This document shows positions 53,921 to 64,000 of a DNA stretch of 64,000 nt, one piece after another; the first letter of the stretch is position 1; every line of letters starts with the position of its first letter. Made by a program: the position numbers and the translations under genes. Source of the DNA: Eledone cirrhosa (Eukaryota); the NCBI GenBank assembly GCA_964016885.1, contig OZ024743.1, forward strand, positions 124,744,001-124,808,000, in the 5' to 3' direction. The notes below the pieces were generated by a model. That model did not search any database, was not told the DNA's origin, and saw only the letters and a list, made by a program, of their open reading frames with translations.

Positions 53921-54084
53921 ATATATAAACAACTATCTGGTTGTGGAACCAACCAACCAACCAGAAATTTATAAGTTTGTAGATTTGTAAATTTATAAAT
54001 TTATAAATATATAATAAATTGAAGTGAAAGCAACTGGTGCGTGTGTTTCTTATTGGCAACATGACCCTCCCAAAGTATAACAAC

Positions 54085-54151
<67 letters not shown>

Positions 54152-54521
54152 CATATATATACATATATACATATATATACATATATACATATATATACAT
54201 ATATATACACACACATATATATATATATATACATAAATATACATATATATATATATACATAAATATATACATATATATATACATATATATATATACACAC
54301 ATATATATATATATACATATAGTATTTACGTATCGAGAAAGAGAAAAAAAGGGGGTATAGGTGATACATATAGTTATTTGCCAAGTAGCGTATGCCAAAG
54401 GTGCTCGATACAAGTGCCGGCAGTATTAAATATTCGAAGTGTTAATATTTAGTGGGCTAGAGAGTTAGCAGAGCGTAAGTACGTGGGAAAGTAAAAAATC
54501 GTAGAATAGACCGTTAAAACA

Positions 54522-54587
54522 TGTTTATTTAAAACAGCACCTACGTACGTTTCGCCCAGTTGGGCTTCTCAAGAGCATAAATAATCA
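54522..54587 (-). ncRNA. Type I hammerhead ribozyme, U3-A8 core variant
   Basis: Minus strand: tgattattta-t-GCTC-TTGAGAA-GCCCAacTGGGC-GAA-ACGTACGT-A-GGTGC-tgttt-taaataaaca; sense to and downstream of the GIY-YIG ORF at 54866. Confidence 0.8.
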
Positions 54588-54865
54588 CAAGTGTTCCTTA
54601 TATTGCTTGGAAAGAGTTTTTGGGGTTAAATCCACATCAAGGTTCATTGCTCGCAAAAATATCTTGTTTTGATTTTGCAGCAGGTCAAGGGAGATAACTC
54701 TGGCCGGTGTTAGGGCAGTCTTTCCCGGACAATTTTTTTTATTTTTGTCGCATCCGATTGTCTGAGGCTGAGTCTGGTATGCAAGGATTGTTTCCTGGGT
54801 GTTATTTTGCAGCGCCTGCCCGCCGGGGTGTTAAGACTTGTTGCAGGGAGATCCAGTGTACTGGT

Positions 54866-55585
54866 TCACTCTTCATCCTTAGCCCATCTGAAGAAGGATA
54901 TTTTTAAGCGATGTGTTAAACTTATCGCTGTTTCAGCTCTGCTGTTGATGAGCTCGTGGGGTGCAGTTATGATGTGGTAGAGCTCCATGAGGCAAAGATC
55001 GCATTTCTTCTTGAAGTTGTATGGTGCAGCCCTGCCGACAATCTCCCAGTGCGTGGAGAAGCTGATGTTTAAGTCCTTTAGTGATGTGATGTAGTGCGCG
55101 AGCGAAGTGGAGTGCCTTAGTTTTCTATTTGTGAAAGAGTGGAGATGTGTTCGAAACCTAATTTTGAACGGGCCGGAGGTGGCCCCTATATAATGTTTAA
55201 CACTATTGTGGCTAGTAATAGTGCATCTATATATAACCCTATCAGTCAAGCAGTATCCTCTAAGGGGGCAGCGTGCTCTGTCGCGGCAGTAGCAATTTCT
55301 GTCGCGGTTCCGTCTATTTCCCACGGTAAAGCTATCATTGTTGCTGCCTACGTTGTTACCTACGCTACCGCAGCTGTCGTTAGCACAATCACAACCCACA
55401 GCACGCGGGGTGGTGCGATTGTTATTCCGCACGTCATGTTCTGCATGTTCCCCAGTCATTTCGCGGTTATTCTGGTTGCGTCTGCGGATGCTGTTGCCAA
55501 CACTATTGGATGCTGCCAGGGAGTTGTTAAGGCCGATATAGTTATTGTCAGGTGTAGGTGCGTCTGTGTCGAGGTGCTGTGTCTC
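54866..55585 (-). CDS. PLE ORF C-terminus with GIY-YIG endonuclease (5' truncated; the apparent start lies in an adjacent SINE tail)
   Basis: CYCRDRARCPLRGYCLTDRVIYRC...HYIGAT.GPFKIRFRTH.HSF...TSLAHYI..LKD...WEIV..A.PY....KCDLCLME...INSRAE; homologous to 49427-50074. Confidence 0.92.
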   Translation of the reverse strand, partial: ETQHLDTDAPTPDNNYIGLNNSLAASNSVGNSIRRRNQNNREMTGEHAEHDVRNNNRTTPRAVGCDCANDSCGSVGNNVGSNNDSFTVGNRRNRDRNCYCRDRARCPLRGYCLTDRVIYRCTITSHNSVKHYIGATSGPFKIRFRTHLHSFTNRKLRHSTSLAHYITSLKDLNISFSTHWEIVGRAAPYNFKKKCDLCLMELYHIITAPHELINSRAETAISLTHRLKISFFRWAKDEE

Positions 55586-55587
55586 CG

Positions 55588-56110
55588 TTTTACGTCCGTT
55601 CTTCCACGCTAGCATGGGTTAGACGGGTTGTCCTGTTGTGGGCAGTGTCTGGTCGGCTGACCATGCCTTGCTCATACAGGAACTGATCTGGCTTGATTTC
55701 TACAGCTGGATGCCCTTCCTAACACCAACCTCATTTACAGTGAGTGCTGGGTGCTTTTTCGTGGCGCCTACACGTCCACTTTACAGTGTGGGCTGGGTGC
55801 TTTTTTGTCGTGGCACCTCCACGGCCACCTTGCGGTGGGGGGGGGGGGGGGGGGGGCATATTGTTTATATACTTCAGCATGTACCCATGGGAGGTCGGGT
55901 ACCCTGTATTACTGCGTGACGCCAGAAGTCACGGTCGTGTGTCATTGACTTTGAGAGGTGTAGTTGGGTAAGGTCATATATATATATATATACCTATATA
56001 TATATATAACTATATATATATATATAACTATATATATATATACCTATATATATATATATACCTATATATATACCTATATATATATATAACTATATATATA
56101 TAAATATATA

Positions 56111-56145
<35 letters not shown>

Positions 56146-56711
56146 ATATATATATATATATACCTATATATATATCATCATCATCATCATCATCAACGTT
56201 TAACGTCCGTGTTCCACGCTTGCATGGGTTTGGACGGGGGTAGTCCCACTTGAGGCAAGAGTGATTGTCTTGCTCGCATAGGACTGTCTGGCAGGTTTTC
56301 TACAGTTGGATGCCCTTCCTAACACCAACCACATTTACAGTGTGGGTCTGGGAGGTTTTTACCGTGTTGCCTACACGGCCACATTACAGCGTGGACTGTG
56401 TGTTTTTTTGTCGTGACACCTACACGATCTCATTTGTTTCGGCCTGGATGGCGCGGCACCAACATATCTTTACATAGAACGGGGTGGTGTGGATGGGGTG
56501 GGGGTGGTGTGGATGGGGTGGGGGTGGTGGCGGGACGGGGTGTATTTTGTTAGAGATGCCTACTGGCAAGGCGGGTCTTCTCTGTTACTGAGTACCGCCA
56601 ACGGTCTCGGTCCAGTGACATTGTCTTGGAGAGGTGTAAGTGTGTGGGGTCGGAGTTTATCAGCTCATCCCATGTTTTTCTAGGTCTGCCTATTCCGTGG
56701 CTACCGTCTAT

Positions 56712-56715
<4 letters not shown>
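55588..56715 (-). mobile_element. Two SINE-like elements with RTE-type tails (55588-55975 and 56175-56715) separated by a TA/TACC array
   Basis: tttaacgtccgt..tccacgct.gcatgggtt.gacggg and ttctacag.tggatgcccttcctaacaccaacc are shared with the 33090-33530 family. Confidence 0.75.
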
Positions 56716-59516
<2,801 letters not shown>

Positions 59517-60127
59517 TGGTGGCTGCCAACTCGTTTTCGAGTACGGCCACTACTTTATATCCATGTAGGAGAACCCCTACTGATGCGCTAAACGAGTGTG
59601 ACTTTTCAGTCCAGCCAGCGACTTGAAAACTCGGGTACAAACACTACACTTGTGACAATTATTGACACATAGTGCTGGGCCCATGGTACCATGTCACGAC
59701 AAGTGCAGAGAGATCTCCAGATATAAAGCAATGCCTGTGCCGTGAAGCTTTTATAGTGAGCAAAGGCACTGCACAAAGCCAGTCCCACTCTGTTAACCAA
59801 GATGATATTTACCAAAAAGAAGAACAAGTCAACATCATTGGATACCATCAGAGTTGCAGGTGTTATATCAGAGTTTTCCTTCTCCTAGAATTCTGCCTTG
59901 ACAAAGGCTAAGGGGTCATCTCTCCCGGTGATTTTGGATGGCCATTGACTCTTAAGAGCTCCTTTGCCCTTTGACAGGTTTTGTTTTTAGTCCTGCAGGA
60001 TGTCCAAAGTCACCCTCCTCACCAAGCAACCTTGGTGGGGTTGCCAGTTTAGTCGCCAACGACCCGACCATGAGACAGGTTGTACTGGGATACATGTTAC
60101 CAGTAGCACCAACTGGTGACCTGACAT
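59517..60127. mobile_element. Probable RTE-type 5' UTR fragments (one per strand) between TA arrays
   Basis: GC-balanced, hairpin-rich island. The minus strand has gtcgttggcgactaaactgg and ctaggagaaggaaaactctga, which I recall from RTE heads; no protein motif confirms this. Confidence 0.4.
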
Positions 60128-60216
60128 AATATACATATATATATATATACATATATATATACATATATATATACATATACATATATATATACATATATAT
60201 ATACATATATATATAC

Positions 60217-60247
<31 letters not shown>

Positions 60248-60302
60248 CATATATATATACATATATATATATATATACATATATATATACATATATATAT
60301 AT

Positions 60303-62182
60303 ATAACTTTGAATAACTTTGAAATGTTTTGGCCAGTATTGGCCCAGGCCATGTCTAACTTAATAGCACCACCTGGCGAAGTCTTTCAATTCAGGATTTG
60401 GGCACCATGGCCCATTCGAGAAGAGAATTACTGTTTGCGGAGACATATCCGGGTGTGGGTGGTTTGTCCGGGATTACTTGGAGGAATTTGTCCAAAGACT
60501 TCTTGAATTTTGTGTGGTCAGTTTCTGTTTTGACGTGTCCTGGTGTGATGTTGAAGAGAGCAGGGCCGATTGAGGTGAAATAATTGTGCCGTATTGTTGT
60601 TATGAGTTGCGATTTAGATTTTTGAATGGGACGGATAGCACGGGGCCCAAGCCTTGGGTGTATCTTGAAGGCGATGCCAACATCATTTGGGCAGTGATGA
60701 TGGAACATTTTCCACATCATGCAGATAATATAACGCTCACGGCGACGTTGGAGTGAGTAAAGTTTCAGGTTTTCCAATCGACCCCAGTAGTCAAGGTCTG
60801 ACATGCCATCTATCTTTTTCGTGATTGCCCTTTGAGGAGCTTCAAGTTTCATGATACTTTGTTTCGTGTGGGGAGACCACAGTGGACAACAGTATTCAAG
60901 GTGTGGTCGGGCGAAAGTAGAGAAGAGAAGGATAATGGTGCGGGAATCTCTCGACTGGAAGGTTCTGAGGATCCAGGAACACATTCTGCGGGCCATGTCA
61001 ACTTTGCTGCTTATATGCGTGGTCCAGCTTATGTTGCTGTCCACGGTTACTCCCAAGTCTCTGATGTTGTTAGATGCCACGAGAGTTTCCCCGGAGGGAA
61101 GGGAGTACGGGAGTTTCAGAGCATCCTCTTTTCCAAAGTGGATCAGTTCGAATTTGTCTTCGTTCAGTAACATGTTGTTCTTTTCTGCCCATTGGGTAAC
61201 AGCCAGTAGGTCTGACTGAAGGCTTATCCGGTCATCCACGCCATTGATGACCTTTTGGAGCTTGGAATCATCAGCGAAAATTTTAATGTTGCTGTGTTTG
61301 ATGATGTCAGTGATGTCATTAATATAGATGATGAAGAGAAGTGGGCCCAACACAGTGCCTTGTGGGACTCCACTACTGACTTTGGCTGGGCTTGATTTGA
61401 CTCCCTCAACTACAACATGTTGGGTTCTGTTTGACAGGAAGCTCTTGATCCACTGCAGCAGCTTTCCAGTGACACCAATATTGGACAGCTTTCTCAGTAG
61501 AATGTTATGATCAACCCTGTCAAAGGCCTTGCTGAAATCAAGGTAGATAACATCAGTGTTGGAACCCTCTCCCAAGGCTCTCAAAATGTCATCAAAGTGA
61601 TGCAGTAGTTGCGTCAGGCAATCCCTTCCATTACGGAATCCATGCTGGTTGGAGTTCAGCATATTGTTACTCTCAAGGAAGTGGGTCATTCGCGATCTCA
61701 CCACTCGCTCAAATACCTTAATGATATGAGAGGTGAGTGAGATTGGACGGTAATTCACGGCAAGGGATTTGTTTCCCTTTTTGAAAACTGGGACAACAGA
61801 CTGGATAGAAGGTTTTCTGGCACATATCCAGCATCCAGTGAGTTCCGCCACAGATTGGCAAGAGGAGAAGCAAGTTGGTGTTGACACGCCTTCAAGACAC
61901 AAGCAGGGAACCTATCGGGACCTACTGCTGAATTATGCTTGATTTCCTTTATTGCCGCCAAGACATCAGGGGCGCCAAACGTTATGTCCGATAAGGTGTA
62001 ATGGGGAGTAACATCGCCGATACAGCCCAGATCGGCCATATCAGGATTGCTGAAAACAGAGCAGTATTGTTTCTGCAGTATCTCACCCATGGTTTTAGCA
62101 TTGTCTTGAAGAGTGCCATTTTCATCAATTAGAGGGCCAACAGTAGAGCCAGTGATTTTGTGTTTTTTTGCAAATGAAAAGA
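60303..62182 (-). mobile_element. Young 5'-truncated CR1-clade LINE inserted in (TA)n; RT ORF ends at 60391, one frameshift near 61800
   Basis: [62 protein letters not shown]; short 3' UTR ending in (ttcaaagtta)2. Confidence 0.95.
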
Positions 62183-63103
<921 letters not shown>

Positions 63104-63213
63104 TTTAAAGGATTGTAAATAAAACGAGTAAATCAGACAAAGTTGGAATTCCTCTTATTAATATAATCTTCTATACACAATCATACACACCCGTGTATAT
63201 TTACCTATCTATA

Positions 63214-63319
<106 letters not shown>

Positions 63320-63326
63320 TATATCT

Positions 63327-63593
63327 ACGGAGTGCAGCGCGACTTATGTCGGACAGACGGGACGTCGCCTGGCGGACCGAGTCACGGAGCACCTCCGGGA
63401 TATACGTCTCGGGGGCAGTTCCCCCATCGCCCGCCACTTTGGTGGCCCTGGACATTCCGCACGCCATCTCACAGTCTGTGGCCTACTCCAGTGCCACGGA
63501 ACACCCGCCAATCGCCTTACGGTCGAACAACGAACTACCTTCATCTTACAGACCACACTCCCCCGCCTAAACTCCCCACCCTTATACCTTTAG
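63327..63593 (+). CDS. PLE GIY-YIG endonuclease C-terminal fragment (not in the ORF track)
   Basis: Manual translation [26 protein letters not shown]...PIARHF..PGHS..HLTVCGL...NRLTVEQ...FILQT..PRLN...*; starts directly after a TA run and is followed by a C/A-rich 3' region. Confidence 0.88.
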   Translation, partial: TECSATYVGQTGRRLADRVTEHLRDIRLGGSSPIARHFGGPGHSARHLTVCGLLQCHGTPANRLTVEQRTTFILQTTLPRLNSPPLYL

Positions 63594-64000
63594 CCTTCGA
63601 CCGCCCCCTCCCCCCACACTTAGCCCCCACTAACACCACTAACACACCCCTCCTTTTCACTGCCCACCCCACAACTAACAATACTAACACCTCCACTCCA
63701 CCCCTCATCTGACCACCCTTCCCCAACTAACATACTAACATGCCTTCCCTCCCCTCTTCTCCTCCTCCCCCCTACTTATCACACGCACACACCCACCGGC
63801 ACATATATACACGCGCTCACACTAAACACACACCCTACTACCACCACTAACCCTCACCCCTCCATCCCACCACCCGCAACTAACCTCACTAACACCCCCT
63901 AACCCCAAGCACACGAACCCACTTACACCACCCACCTCACACGCAACTAACATCACTAACACCCCCAACCCCACGCACACGTACCCACACACCCTCGTAC

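Larger units (their letters stand above)
53054..54083 (+). mobile_element. 5'-truncated PLE with an inverted 5' pseudo-LTR segment, inserted in (TA)n
   Basis: 107-bp inverted repeat 53114-53220 / 53977-54083 encloses a GIY-YIG ORF end and a hammerhead. Confidence 0.9.

Overview
AT-rich eukaryotic DNA with no confidently identifiable host protein-coding exon. The SINE families and very long (TA)n/(TACA)n arrays suggest a cephalopod, probably Octopus (inference). Left end (~1.7-8.0 kb): a decayed autonomous Helitron with Rep (HUH) and PIF1 helicase domains. It is interrupted by a tRNA-derived SINE with a perfect 16-bp TSD and abutted by a short non-autonomous Helitron. Middle (~8-42 kb): CpG-depleted, intron-like sequence full of old SINEs, CR1/RTE/CRE LINE fragments, MITEs and minisatellites. 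Right third (~44-64 kb): giant TA-rich microsatellite arrays colonised by retroelements. These include at least six Penelope-like element (PLE) fragments (GIY-YIG endonuclease 3' ends and pseudo-LTRs) and a young CR1-clade RT. The main hidden signal is a set of type I hammerhead ribozyme motifs read by eye: seven with full or near-full cores (17677, 45497, 48009, 50173, 52580, 53876, 54522) and two decayed ones (32365, 46387). They include a U3-A8 core variant, a very long stem II and a very long stem I. Almost all long ORFs in the supplied track are Ile/Tyr microsatellite artefacts.
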